Under the pieces are notes generated by a model, which searched no databases, was not told the origin of the DNA, and saw only the letters and a program-made list of their open reading frames with translations. A stretch of DNA of 64,000 nucleotides, from NCBI GenBank assembly GCA_026004595.1, contig BPJL01000003.1, forward strand, positions 34,984-98,983. The letters are read 5' to 3'. Numbering within the stretch: position 1 is the first letter of the stretch; each line of letters starts with the position of its first letter. Both the position numbers and the translations under genes were made by a program. Below are positions 41,806-52,786 of the stretch, in pieces. Origin of the DNA: Patescibacteria group bacterium (lineage in GTDB: Bacteria; Patescibacteriota; WWE3; UBA101185; UBA10185).

Positions 41806-42360
41806 TTACGCTTTAGAAATATATTCTCCCGAACGGGTGTCTATCTTTACTTTATCTCCTATTTTTATAAAAATCGGAACTTTTACTACAGCACCGTTGT
41901 CAAGTTTAGCTTCCTTCAGCACATTGGTAACCGTATTTCCCTTATAACCAGGCTCAGTGTAAACAACTTTGAAAACGAGAGAGGCCGGAAGTTCAACTGA
42001 TATCGGGCCTTCCTTCAAAATACTGCACAACCACTTTTTCCCCCTCGATCAGAAACTTGGGATGAGTCCCCCAAAAACATCTTCTGAAATGCTAAACTGC
42101 TCAAAAGTTACAGGATCCATAAAAACATAGCTCCCGTCATTATAAAGATATTGCGCGTTTTTGGTTTGAACATCGGCATCTTCTACTCTAGCTGTTGAAA
42201 TATAACCTTTTTCAAGAACCTGCCCCGTCACTAAATTTTTTACACGAACCTTTACATTGGCACTGCCCCGGCTTACTTTGATGTGCTCATACTTCAGCAC
42301 TTTCAGCGGCTGTCCGTTCTCCTGATATATTCTTCCTGTTTTTAGGTCTGTGGCAATCAT
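41806..42360 (-). CDS. efp: elongation factor P, one frameshift near 42030-42050
   Basis: The N-terminal KOW/OB part is in ORF 42049..42360 and the C-terminal OB part in ORF 41806..42030. Confidence 0.85.
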
Positions 42361-42366
42361 AAATTA

Positions 42367-42453
42367 TGGTGCCGTGGGTGAGAGTCGAACTCACACGGGA
42401 TCAGATCCCAGTGGTTTTTGAGACCACCGCGTATACCATTCCGCCACCACGGC
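42367..42453 (-). tRNA. tRNA-Leu (anticodon CAA), encoded CCA
   Basis: Manual fold: acceptor GCCGTGG/CCACGGC, 3-bp D stem, anticodon stem GTGGT/ACCAC with loop CTCAAAA, long variable arm, T arm GTGAG-TTCGACT-CTCAC and 3' ACCA. Confidence 0.8.
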
Positions 42454-42552
42454 AGGCCCTATCATATATTTCTTTCGCAAACTCCGTCCGAGTCAATTCT
42501 ACCATTTTATAACATGATCTGAGCTTGAAAAGAGGGGTGTTTTACTCCGATT

Positions 42553-43908
42553 TTATTCTTGAGCCTGGGATTCCATCTCAAAGAATTTCGTGAATTCTGC
42601 CTTAAAGAACAGGTCAAACTCACCAGTGGCTCCGTTTCTATGTTTCGCCACATTAAGCTTCAAGTTTGACCTATCATCTTCATTCGGCCTATACAAAAAC
42701 ATAACAACGTCGGCATCTTGCTCAATTGAACCCGAGTCTCTAAGGTCGGACAATTGGGGCTTTTTGTCGCCGCCCCTCTGCTCTACCGCTCTTGAAAGCT
42801 GGGACAAGGCCAAAACAGGAACTTTAAGTTCTCGGGCAAGATTTTTTTAAGCCTTGTGAAATTGCCGAAACTTCCTGCACACGGCTCTCGGCTTTAGGAG
42901 CGCGTATAAGCTGAAGGTAGTCCACTATGATCAGGTCTATTTTTTGCTCAAGCATGAGCCTTCTTGCCTTTGTTCTCATTTCAAGCATGCTAATGCCGGC
43001 CGTGTCGTCAACAAATATCGGGGCCTCGGCGAGTTCGCCTGCCGCCTACTCCGTATTTTTCAAAATCTTCATCATCAAGGTTACCAGTTGCAATCCTCCA
43101 ATTATCAATCCCCGCTTGAGCCGATATCATTCTGTCAACAAGCATTTCACGCCCCATCTCAAGCGAAAATATAGCTATTCCAAACTTTTTCTCCACTCCC
43201 GCATACTGCGCGATATTTAGAGCTAGGGATGTTTTACCAACGGAGGGCCTTGCCGCCAGGATTATCAGGTTTTCCTTTTGGAGACCTGACAGCAATCTAT
43301 CAACACTTTTTAATCCGGTCGGAATCCCTCTTAGTGCGCCCCTGTTCTTGCTTAGTTCGTCAAGCCTTTCAAATGTAATCTCCAGGGTATCCTTCAGGGG
43401 TATAAAGTCTTGGTACATTGCATCTTGCGAAACTGAGTACACTAATTGCTCGGCCTTGTCTAAAACCTCTGCTACTTCACCTTCGTCAAAAGCAAGTTCA
43501 CCTATCTCTGCTGATACAGATATAAGAGCTCTTTTTAATATAGTCATTTTTTATAAGTTTAGCGTAGGCCTCTATGTTTGCAGCCGTAGGCACAGAGTTC
43601 ACAAGTTCAGTCAGATAAGCTACACCTCCCACGGAAGCCAAAAGACCCTTCTTTTTTAGCTCGTTTGGTACCGTAATAAGATCGGTGGGCTCTCTTTTTT
43701 CAAACAAAGACAAAACTGCCGAATATATGTTTTGGTGAGGTTCGCGATAAAAGTGGTGGGGTCTTAAAAATTCCACCACCTTCACAATAGCATCCTTATC
43801 TAATAGCAAGGCACCAAGAACTGAACGTTCCGCCTGCTCGTCGTGTGGCGGCACGTGCACATTACGATTTTGTTCGTTATTTACTGAGACTCTTTTTCTC
43901 ACAGACAT
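42553..43908 (-). CDS. dnaB: replicative DNA helicase DnaB, interrupted by two or more frameshifts
   Basis: The N-terminal domain is in ORF 43498..43908. Walker [16 protein letters not shown] is in ORF 43008..43547. The C-terminal ...[21 protein letters not shown]...HRNG is in ORF 42553..42813. Confidence 0.85.
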
Positions 43909-43911
43909 TTT

Positions 43912-44574
43912 TTAATGGGCAGGTTTAAGAATAACTACCTCGGTCTCTTCCGGTATTTCACCTCTTGAATATATTTTAAGCTTATCATCTTTTTTAACAT
44001 TGTTTTCAACTCCCATTTCGTCCATAAATTTATCCAGACCACCCAGCTTGTCAAAACCAACTAAATCATCGGTCTTATAGTGCATTGGTATAACAATTCC
44101 CGGCTCTATCGCAGAAATGACTTTTACCGCTTTTTTCGGCATCTATGGTAAAAACCCCACCTATAGGAATCATTAGCACATCCACGTTCGGTATTTTCTC
44201 TATGGTATCTTTGGAAAGCTCGTGGCCTAAATCTCCGAGATGCATAAGCGTAAATCCATCTATATCAATGTTGTATATCGTTTGGGTTCCCCTTTCCACC
44301 CCATTTTTATCATCGTGGGCGGTGGGTATTCCGTATATAAAAACGCCGTTTACTTCGTATTCCCCAGGGCCCTCAATTAAAAAGTTTGTACCCCGTTACT
44401 CCACCGATGTTATGGTGGTCATAATGGTCGTGAGTTGTTAGAAGAACATCAGCTTCCAGCTTGGGCAATTTATACCCTATTTTCGGATCGTAGGGATCTA
44501 TAACAATAGAAACCTCCTTACCCTTGATTTTAAAGCACGAATGGGCCGATATACGTAATTTCCATAGCTCTCAT
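43912..44574 (-). CDS. MBL-fold metal-dependent hydrolase (UPF0173-like), frameshifted
   Basis: N-terminal MEITYIGHSCFKIKGKEVSIVIDPY...LLTTHDHYDHH, from a hand translation of 44400-44574. The ...MHLGDLGH... and C-terminal parts are in ORFs 44075..44299 and 43912..44142. Confidence 0.55.
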
Positions 44575-44743
44575 AATAACAACTAAACGTTGACAAGGGA
44601 AGCCGGGTTTTCAAAAAACTTGCAAGTATAAATTTTTGAAAAAGAAGCTGGTTCTAACAAATGGTCAAAGTATCATATAATTTCCAAAGAATGCCAAAAA
44701 AACAACTGCCCAAATACGTTTCCAACACAATACCAAAAGAGTA

Positions 44744-45700
44744 ATGATAGCTTTTTTGGGAGCACACCTAATATGGGGCGCAGCCACGGCTGTTATAAAG
44801 TACACTCTCGATTACATCCCACCTTTTACACCCTTCTTTTTTCTGCGTTTTCTAATCGTGTGCATCTTTGTTCTTCCTATTCTCTCCCACCAACTGAAAA
44901 AAGAACCTATTAACAAGAAGGACTACCTTAACCTGTTCTTGCTGGGAGTTTTTTTCTCAAACTGCCCTAGTCATTCCCTTCGTGGCACTCAAGTTCACTA
45001 CAGCTCTAGATTTGGCAATTCTTGGTGTAATGGGCGCGGTGCTCACAGTATACGCTGGCCACTACTACTACCGTGACAAAATCAACGGCTGGGTCAATTG
45101 GGGGCTTTTTTTGGCCAGCGCGGGAACTCTTCTGGTTGTGGTTGAGCCTCTCCTTCTTAGTCACAACAACGAAGTATCGATGCTGGAACGCACTTTAGGA
45201 AATATTTTAGCTTTTTTTTATGCACTTCTTTGGGTTGTTTATGTAATCTGGACAAAAGTACACCATGGGTGAAGGCTCGGAAAAAATAAAGAGGACTTTA
45301 AGATTTCTCCACCTGCGTCCTATGACAAGAAATTACTCCGCAACAATCATCACTCTCTCCTCTTTTTTTGTCGGGCTCGCAACCTTGACCCCGCTTGCCA
45401 TTATTGAAAATATGGGAATTGGATCAACCCAAAACTTTGATATTTTAACCATAGATATTAGGGGAATAGCAGGTCTTTTCTATCTTGCAATTTTTTCCTC
45501 AATAATCGCGTATTGGCTTAATCAGTGGGCACTGCCACAAGGGAAAAGCTTCTGATTACGCAATATTTAGCTACTTGGCCCCCATTTTTTACTTTCCCCT
45601 TTGCTTACATACTGCTTGGGGAACTGCCCAATTCTCTTATGTTTGTCGGGGGGCATACTAATAGCCATAGGCGTGTTCCTGGCTGAGAAAGGAAACCACA
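44744..45700 (+). CDS. EamA/DMT-family transporter, frameshifted
   Basis: Ten-TM-like hydrophobic profile spread across ORFs 44744..45076, 44982..45272 and 45265..45555. The N-terminus GAHLIWGAATAVIKY is typical of EamA. Confidence 0.5.
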
Positions 45701-45743
45701 AACCTTGTTAATCTGCCAAAAGGCTGGTATACTCACTCACGCT

Positions 45744-45950
45744 ATGAAAAAGGAAATACACCCTAAATTAAATACCGAATGTGTGGTCACATGCGCTTGT
45801 GGCAACACCTTCAAAAACAATGTCTACCCTACCCTCTATATCGGTAGAGATATGCTCCGAGTGCCATCCTTACTATACAGGGCAAAGAAGGTTTGTTGAC
45901 ACTGAAAAGAGAATTGACAAATTTAACAGAAAAAATGCAAATAGCAGAAG
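45744..45950 (+). CDS. rpmE: 50S ribosomal protein L31, frameshifted; 3' end uncertain
   Basis: MKKEIHPKLNTECVVTCACGNTF is followed in the next frame by ...EICSECHPYYTGQRRFVDTEKRIDKFNRK. Confidence 0.7.
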
Positions 45951-46149
45951 AGAAAAAGAAAGTGGCCGAAAAAATAAAAACAAGCAAGAAAGCCAAAAAA
46001 GGCAATGCCGGTCTAAAAGAAATGAGCGTAAAAGAAATGCTAGCTCAAATCAAGGAAAACGAACAGTAGGTAAATTCGAAAACTCATCTCCCAAAAACAA
46101 AAATATGGCAGAAAAAGGAGCCCGCCAGGGATATAATTCTTATAGAGCT

Positions 46150-46159
46150 GGGGGGGGGG
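46150..46159. repeat. G10 homopolymer tract
   Basis: GCTGGGGGGGGGGCGTTG, 15 nt upstream of the prfA ATG. Confidence 0.7.
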
Positions 46160-46174
46160 CGTTGAAACGTAAAT

Positions 46175-47120
46175 ATGAACTACTACACGGAATATATTAA
46201 AAAAGAAATTGAAAAAATAGATAATCTCATAAAGGAGTATGGGGACATGAAAATTACAGCTGAGGATAGCTTAGTTCCCCTTATTGACGAGGAGATATCA
46301 AAACTTAAGATCCAGAAAGAGCAACTGGCAAACTCAAACTACGAAAGCGCTGACAGCGCGAAAGTCGCTGATGAAGTAGATAGCGAGGTAAATCCGAACG
46401 TTGCTATTCTTGAAATCCGTGCGGGAGACTGGCGGAAACGAAGCAGGAATTTTCGCCCACGATCTGTATCGTATGTACTCCCGCTTCGCAGAAAAAAAGG
46501 GATGGAGATTGACCGAACTATTTAGATCAGAAAATGAAATTGGGGGCGTAAGAACAATCTCAACAGAGATCAAAGGCACTAAAGCATATAGATTGCTAAG
46601 ACACGAGTCGGGAGTTCATAGAGTTCAGAGAGTACCAATTACAGAAGCCGGCGGCCGCATACACACATCAACCGCAACTGTGGCTGTACTCCCAAAACTG
46701 GAAAAAGTAGAAATTGACATACACCCTGACGATTTAGAATGGGAGTTTTTCCGTTCCGGAGGGAAGGGCGGTCAGAATGTAAATAAGGTATCTACAGCAG
46801 TAAGACTAACACACAAACCAACAGGGATTATAGTGGAATGCCAAGAAGAACGTTTTCAGGGCAAAAACAGAGAAAAGGCTTTGGAAATGCTTAGATCAAG
46901 GCTGTATACCGAAATGCAGGAGCAGCAGGTCAAAAGCATTACAGAACTAAGATCGGGCCAGATTGGAACCGGCATGAGAAACGAAAAAATTAGAACTTAC
47001 AACTATCCCCAAAACAGAGTTACTGACCACAGAGTAAACAAATCATGGCATAACATTGGAATAATAATGGACGGCGAGATAGGCGGAATCCTTGAATACT
47101 TAAACAATGAGTTAAAGTAA
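46175..47120 (+). CDS. prfA: peptide chain release factor 1, one frameshift at about 46425
   Basis: With the frame repaired the sequence reads ...[39 protein letters not shown] tripeptide, GGQ motif ([11 protein letters not shown]), ...[13 protein letters not shown]. Confidence 0.8.
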
Positions 47121-47126
47121 GACAAT

Positions 47127-48305
47127 CTATCTGAAATTTTCTGGCGCTGCTTCGATTTCAGCGACCAGATTTATCTTCTTGCCTTGCCTGTCAACTGTAA
47201 GGCTAATTTTGTCCCCAACTTTGGTTTTGGAAATTACTGAAGATAAAGAATTCTTTTCATTCAGCTCAGTGTCGTTTACTTTAGTAATGATATCTCCTCT
47301 TTTTAGACCGGCTTTTGAAGCGGGAGATTGGGGGACAACAGTCGAGATAAAAGCGCCCACCGGCATATCTCTAATCTGGGATATTTCGGGCGTAATCATT
47401 GTGTAAGTCACCCCAAGATAAGGCCTTACAATCCTTCCTTCTTTCAAGAAACCATCAAGAATCGGCATCAAAGTATTCACAGGAATAGCAAAACTAATGT
47501 TGTCGGCACCAATAGTTGTAGCAACATTTATACCTACAACCTGCCCAGCCGAATTCACAAGAGGACCCCCCGAATTGCCCGGATTAAGAGCTGCGTCGGT
47601 TTGTATGACGTTTTCGTAAGTCTTGACATCCCCAAAGCCACTTGTCGCTTGGAGCTGTCTTGATATTCCTGAAATTACACCAACAGTAACAGTATTCTGA
47701 TACTGTCCGAGGGCATTACCAATAGCTATTGCCATCTGCCCAACCTTTAAGGTATCTGAGTCGGCAAATTCAACAGTCGGTAGATTCCTTGCCGATATTT
47801 CAAGAATAGCAAGGTCGGATACTTCGTCAAGATGAATTTTTGACACCTCATAGGTTTTGCCATCATTTAAAACAACTGTATATTCGCCTCTAGGGTCATC
47901 TACTACGTGGCTATTTGTAACTATCAAACCGTTGGGATCGACAATAAATCCTGTACCTATTCCCTGGTCGCTGGTTACGGGACCGGTAAAAAAGTCAAAA
48001 CTAATCGTTTTAACAATTATTGACACAACCGCCGGAGAAACCTTTTCAACAGCCTTTATAACAGTAGACTCCTCATCAACAACTTGTTGTTTGGTCACTA
48101 CACGAGGGGCTGAATACTGAATCTCTCTGGAACCAAAAAATCTTCCTACCCTGCCTGCGATTCCACTGACCCAAGATGGTGTAGAAATGCGCATTTGGTT
48201 AACCAGTGCCTTATCACCGCTATACCTAACATCCAAAATTAAAATTAGGGAAATGAAAAAGACTAGCCAAGCAATCCCGATTAATGTTTTTGAAGGTTTT
48301 TTCAT
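47127..48305 (-). CDS. HtrA/DegP-family serine protease (trypsin-like domain plus PDZ)
   Basis: GNSGGPLVNSAGQVVGINVA catalytic Ser region, N-terminal TM anchor and a C-terminal PDZ domain. Confidence 0.8.
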   Translation of the reverse strand: MKKPSKTLIGIAWLVFFISLILILDVRYSGDKALVNQMRISTPSWVSGIAGRVGRFFGSREIQYSAPRVVTKQQVVDEESTVIKAVEKVSPAVVSIIVKTISFDFFTGPVTSDQGIGTGFIVDPNGLIVTNSHVVDDPRGEYTVVLNDGKTYEVSKIHLDEVSDLAILEISARNLPTVEFADSDTLKVGQMAIAIGNALGQYQNTVTVGVISGISRQLQATSGFGDVKTYENVIQTDAALNPGNSGGPLVNSAGQVVGINVATTIGADNISFAIPVNTLMPILDGFLKEGRIVRPYLGVTYTMITPEISQIRDMPVGAFISTVVPQSPASKAGLKRGDIITKVNDTELNEKNSLSSVISKTKVGDKISLTVDRQGKKINLVAEIEAAPENFR

Positions 48306-48338
48306 ACAAAATTACCTCCTCAATGATTTGGAATCATA

Positions 48339-49566
48339 CTACAGCTCATTTGCGAGCTCAAGAGCCGCATCAAGCTGAGGATCCCTCCCTTCTTTTATAT
48401 CCTCGTCTGTTATATCAACCGCAATATCAGGTTCTATACCGACATTGTGAACCCATTCCTTATCAGGAGTCAGCCACTTAGCGATAGTGATATGAACTCC
48501 AGAACCGTCGCTGAAATCCCGAGCATCTTGAATGGTACCTTTTCCAAAGGACTTTTTTCCTATCAATTTTGCGTCAATCTGCGACCTAAGGGCTGCAGCA
48601 AGAATTTCAGATGCCGAAGCGCTTCCCTCGTCTATCAAAACAATCACGCGTGGAACGTCTTTGAAACTTCCAGCGGTCTCTGCAAGCATCGGAGTCTGGT
48701 TGCCTAACGCGTCTTCCTGATACACTACTGGCTTTCCACCGAAGAATTCGCCAGCAATATGAACAGCCGATTGCAAATAACCGCCAGGGTTGCCTCTGAC
48801 ATCAACAATTACGGCATCAAGCTCCCGCATACTAACTACCAACTCCCCCACCGCCTTGTCCCATTCTTTATTTGTTTCCCCGCCGAATCTGCTTATTCTA
48901 ATGTAGGCAGTTCCCTGCCCTTTGTCCGTCCAGGTTACACTTGCTACTTTAATAACATCTCTAGTCAAATTTATCTCTCTGGGGGCATCGTTGCCAGTTT
49001 GTATTGTCAACTTAACCCGTGTACCGGCATCTCCTCTTATCTTCGCGACGGCCTCTGTAATGCTTATACCCACGGTAGATTCGTTCTCAATCATTAAAAT
49101 TTTATCTCCTGGCATCAAACCCGCAGCTTTAGCCGGAGAACCATCAAGAGGCGAAACAATTATCAATTGTCCGTCCTTTTGACCAAGCTCGGCTCCTATA
49201 CCCTGGTATTTTCCGTCAAGCTGTTCCGTAAGATTTTTGTTGATTGCGGGAGGTAGAAAAGAGGTATACGGATCGCCAAGAGCGGCAACCATTCCCTGTA
49301 TAGCACCATAAAGCATTTTTTGAGCATCAACCGGCCTTTCCAAGTAATCTTTATTCACAATTTCCCAGACCTCCCAGAAAAGCCCAAAGTCTATCTCTTT
49401 GTTCCCCGGATACTGATTTTTTATTTCGATTTTCGGAGGATTTTTTTCTTACTTCAAAGATATAACCGCTCTTTCCAAAATAGTAACCTCCGTAGAAAAA
49501 ACCTACGGCAATAAGAACCGTGATCAAAAATCGCTGAAACTTTTCAAATGGACTCATGTTGTTCAT
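48339..49566 (-). CDS. C-terminal processing peptidase (S41, CtpA-like), frameshift near 49360-49445
   Basis: GNPGGYLQSAV S41 motif and a PDZ domain. The N-terminal TM part lies in ORF 49351..49566. Confidence 0.75.
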
Positions 49567-50550
49567 TCGATAATGTAAAAATTAGGCACATCAATTTCCA
49601 CCGCACCAAGTTCATTACCGAACCTTACAAATATACTAGATCCTGTAACTCTGTCAATCAAACCTATTTTGCCAAAATGAGGCTTCTGCAATACCTGCAC
49701 TACCTGACCTTTCACCACCTTTTTAACTACTTTGGGCAGCGCTTTTCTTTTTAGTACAGGTTGGGTCTTCTCTTCGGAAAGCTTTCCTTCATTAGAAGCC
49801 ATTGGTATCCTCAACACACCCAAGTCCCCGTGGAAAAACACGTGCCTGTAGGCGACCGAATTGATGAGCCTGTAGATAAAATCGGGGGTTTCTAATTTTC
49901 CAAATCCCGACAATACACCAAGACCCAAATTGACCGATTTTGCATAAGAGAAACTTGCGGGATCGGCGCTTCCTGCTATGACAGCGGAAATTTTCAGGTC
50001 ATTTGCCTTATTCATTATTTCAAGGTCGGCGTTGTGCCCAACATAAACTATTTTGCCCTGTGTAGTCTTTATAAAATTCTCTAAATAATACTTTTCCAGT
50101 ATTTCGGTTGGGTTCGGGAATACAACTAGTTCTCCAAAAGCAAACGTGTTCGTTGCGGCTACAAGATCAATTTCAGTCACTTTAGTTTTAATGAGCACTG
50201 AACTTTCAGGGACTATATCTTGAACTTCACCCCAGACACCCGAAAGTAGAGTGTATTTTACAGGCATTTCCTCATAAAAATACTCTTGAGATGTTTCATC
50301 AAAACTCATATAACCAGGGGCCTCTGCCAACACTTTTTTCCCATATAATTTGCCTATAACATTTCCCTTTTGGAAATATACTTTTTCTCTCACGAACTTG
50401 GCCGGTTTCAAAATCTCTTGGAAAATAAATTACATTAGGAGAATGCATACAGTCGCCAAGTTTTTGAAACGGCTCTAATACATCGCCTTTTTGCACAAAT
50501 AAGGTGCCTTTGTTAGGGAGGTATCGTTCAAACCAAGACCTCTTTGTCAT
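49563..50550 (-). CDS. hypothetical protein, frameshifted; C-terminal KOW-like segment
   Basis: ORFs 50299..50550 and 49563..50411 overlap. No recognisable family. Confidence 0.35.
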
Positions 50551-50583
50551 TTATTATTTTTCTAACGACAGGAGCGATCATAT

Positions 50584-51585
50584 TTAAATGCCTCTAAGGG
50601 CCTCATCGATTTCTTTCATAAACGCGCTCATTACTTTGGCATCGGAAATCAGCTGGTTTCTTCGCGTGCGCGTATCAAAAAGGATTCCAAGTTTTCCGCC
50701 CGTTACTTCTCCCTCAATATTGCCCACATTTCTGTTTTTAATGCTGATTTTGGTGGGGACAGAGACATCGAGAGGCAGAATAAACACCGCACCCCCACTA
50801 AGGTCAAAAAACTGGCTTGTTTCAAGAGCAGTTGTCACCAATACCTCGGTCTGCCCAGGCGCAATGACAAACGTACCAACATCCTCTATCATTTCGGAGC
50901 AATCTACATCCAGTCCTGAATTGTATTCTTTTATCAGCGCGGCCAAAAGAACGGCATTGTTTTTGTCCATTTTTACATAGTAGCAACCAGGGCTATTAAT
51001 AAGATCTAGAGCTAACGAATACTTGAAAACCGGCTCATAATCACGTTTCGCAAACCGATCTCCTGTAAAAACAATGGGTTTGTCGGAAGCGGGATCTATG
51101 TTTGCCCGCCTCACTTTATCAATAATCAAACCGTCCAAGCTTACCTGATCCTCATAATCACGCGTTATTAGCTGGGGGTAAATAGAAAGATTGGCATAAA
51201 ACTCATTGTTCGTAAGAAAATTTACAGGTACCTCTGAAAGGAACCTGTCTCTTGTCAGAATAGTGCTTTCATCAACTAATACAGGATAGTCTTCGTTGTG
51301 TTTTGAAATAAGAGAATAGGCATCTGCAGCTAATTTAATATTAAGATCCGGCATTGGGAGGGCAATAAAACCAGTTAAAAGAACATCAAAATCGGACAAT
51401 TTCGTTCTGTTTTCTTTTGCTATAGCATCCAAAACCTGCTTATAAAAAATGTTTTCATCGCAGACGCTGGAAAAAAGTTCATGGGAATAAGAATACGGAA
51501 ACCTTTGAAATACAAAAGAGCCGTCTGACTTCTCAAGAGCTGTGCTGACACCTGAATAACCTATGTAGGCAGCTAAAACGGGCAT
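50584..51585 (-). CDS. hypothetical protein (333 aa), possible ASKHA/actin-like fold
   Basis: N-terminal MPVLAAYIGYSGVST and a later DLSGGAV segment resemble the phosphate-1 and adenosine motifs. Weak. Confidence 0.35.
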   Translation of the reverse strand: MPVLAAYIGYSGVSTALEKSDGSFVFQRFPYSYSHELFSSVCDENIFYKQVLDAIAKENRTKLSDFDVLLTGFIALPMPDLNIKLAADAYSLISKHNEDYPVLVDESTILTRDRFLSEVPVNFLTNNEFYANLSIYPQLITRDYEDQVSLDGLIIDKVRRANIDPASDKPIVFTGDRFAKRDYEPVFKYSLALDLINSPGCYYVKMDKNNAVLLAALIKEYNSGLDVDCSEMIEDVGTFVIAPGQTEVLVTTALETSQFFDLSGGAVFILPLDVSVPTKISIKNRNVGNIEGEVTGGKLGILFDTRTRRNQLISDAKVMSAFMKEIDEALRGI

Positions 51586-51597
51586 GAGTATATAGTA

Positions 51598-51852
51598 TCA
51601 GATGGAGTGTCTTTCTGTATATGGGATAAGACCCATATATCTAGCCCTCTTAATCTCTCGAGCCAACTTTCTTTGGTGTGTTGATGTCACACCGGAGTAC
51701 TTTTGAGGTATTATCTTTCCCCTGTCGCTTATAAACCTCCTTAACACAAGAACCTCTTTGTAATCGGGGGTCGTCCCGGTTTGGGTAAAGTAGCACTCGG
51801 TGTTCTTTCTTACTTTTCTCTGCGTTTTTGTTGTTTTCTTTTTTGTCGCCAT
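51598..51852 (-). CDS. rpsR: 30S ribosomal protein S18
   Basis: YFTQTGTTPDYKEVLVLRRFISDRGKIIP... Confidence 0.85.
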   Translation of the reverse strand: MATKKKTTKTQRKVRKNTECYFTQTGTTPDYKEVLVLRRFISDRGKIIPQKYSGVTSTHQRKLAREIKRARYMGLIPYTERHSI

Positions 51853-51896
51853 AGGTTTTGGTGCGGCCCCTGCCAGGCAGGGGCCTGTTGTTCAAT

Positions 51897-52349
51897 TTAG
51901 TTTGAAGAATCTAAATCCCCAAGATCTATATCATCAAGGTTTATATCTTCTTCAGGCTCTTCTCCGCTGACAAACTCCTCTTCAGGAATCTCTTCTTCAC
52001 CTTCGGACCCGTCTTTCTTGGGGGTCAGTATTATCATGTCGTCAATTATTATCTCAGTCTTGTACCTCTTTTTCCCATCATCTCCAGTCCAGTCTCTAGT
52101 CTGAAGTCTTCCTTCAACATAAACCTTGGTACCCTTTTTAAGGAGCTGGCCGCATATCTCGGCCAATTTATTCCAAGCTACGATGTTGTGAAAGTCAACA
52201 GATTGTTTCTTTTCACCCTGTGTGACCCATTCTCTATTCGTGGCCACCACAAAACTTGCTACTGCGTTTCCCTGAGGAGTGTATCTCATCTCAGGATCTC
52301 TCGTGAGGTTACCTATGAGTATTACCTTATTCAGGTTTCTTGATGCCAT
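51897..52349 (-). CDS. ssb: single-stranded DNA-binding protein
   Basis: OB fold MASRNLNKVILIGNLTRDPEMRYT and an acidic C-terminal tail DDIDLGDLDSSN. Confidence 0.85.
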   Translation of the reverse strand: MASRNLNKVILIGNLTRDPEMRYTPQGNAVASFVVATNREWVTQGEKKQSVDFHNIVAWNKLAEICGQLLKKGTKVYVEGRLQTRDWTGDDGKKRYKTEIIIDDMIILTPKKDGSEGEEEIPEEEFVSGEEPEEDINLDDIDLGDLDSSN

Positions 52350-52362
52350 ATCCCTCCAAATG

Positions 52363-52647
52363 TCAGCTCTGAGCTGTAATTAAATACCGTAAAACTCCAT
52401 TTATGAGTTTAAGCTTGCTTTCAAATTTTTTGAGTTTGGCGGGCTCCATATCAAAGTTAATTACATCGTAAAAGCCCTCTCTCTGATTTTTAATTTCATA
52501 AGCAAATTTTCTTTTTCCCCAGAAATTGGCGGATGTGACCTTGCCCCCAGCCTCCTCAATCATTTCACACACCTTGCCGGACAGTTCTTTAGCACCCTGC
52601 TCAGCAAGTTCAATTTTATATATGTTCATTATTTCGTATTGCTTCAT
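52363..52647 (-). CDS. rpsF: 30S ribosomal protein S6
   Basis: MKQYEIMNIY...REGFY. Part of a conserved rpsF-ssb-rpsR operon. Confidence 0.85.
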   Translation of the reverse strand: MKQYEIMNIYKIELAEQGAKELSGKVCEMIEEAGGKVTSANFWGKRKFAYEIKNQREGFYDVINFDMEPAKLKKFESKLKLINGVLRYLITAQS

Positions 52648-52786
52648 ATTTTAAGAAAATTTCTTTGCCAACGAGTCTATTATATACATTATGCCTATAG
52701 TGTCCACCAAAGACGTCTAATGTAACTAGAATCGATTTAGCCTACAAATAGTACAAAAAAAGTCGTTTTTTGCGCAAGAGGCGAGC

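Noticed and set aside
46175-47120. Programmed +1 frameshift of the RF2 type as the cause of the release-factor break
   Set aside because: The protein has the RF1 PxT tripeptide (PIT), not SPF. The break lies in the AGTGG region, about 90 codons in, not at the early CUU-UGA-C recoding site of prfB.
20661-50550. Reading the fragmented gyrA, gyrB, dnaB, efp and prfA as genuine pseudogenes or genome decay
   Set aside because: Losing several essential genes at once is implausible. The three junctions I could resolve sit in short mononucleotide runs and rejoin after a one-base frame change, which is the pattern expected of indel sequencing error.
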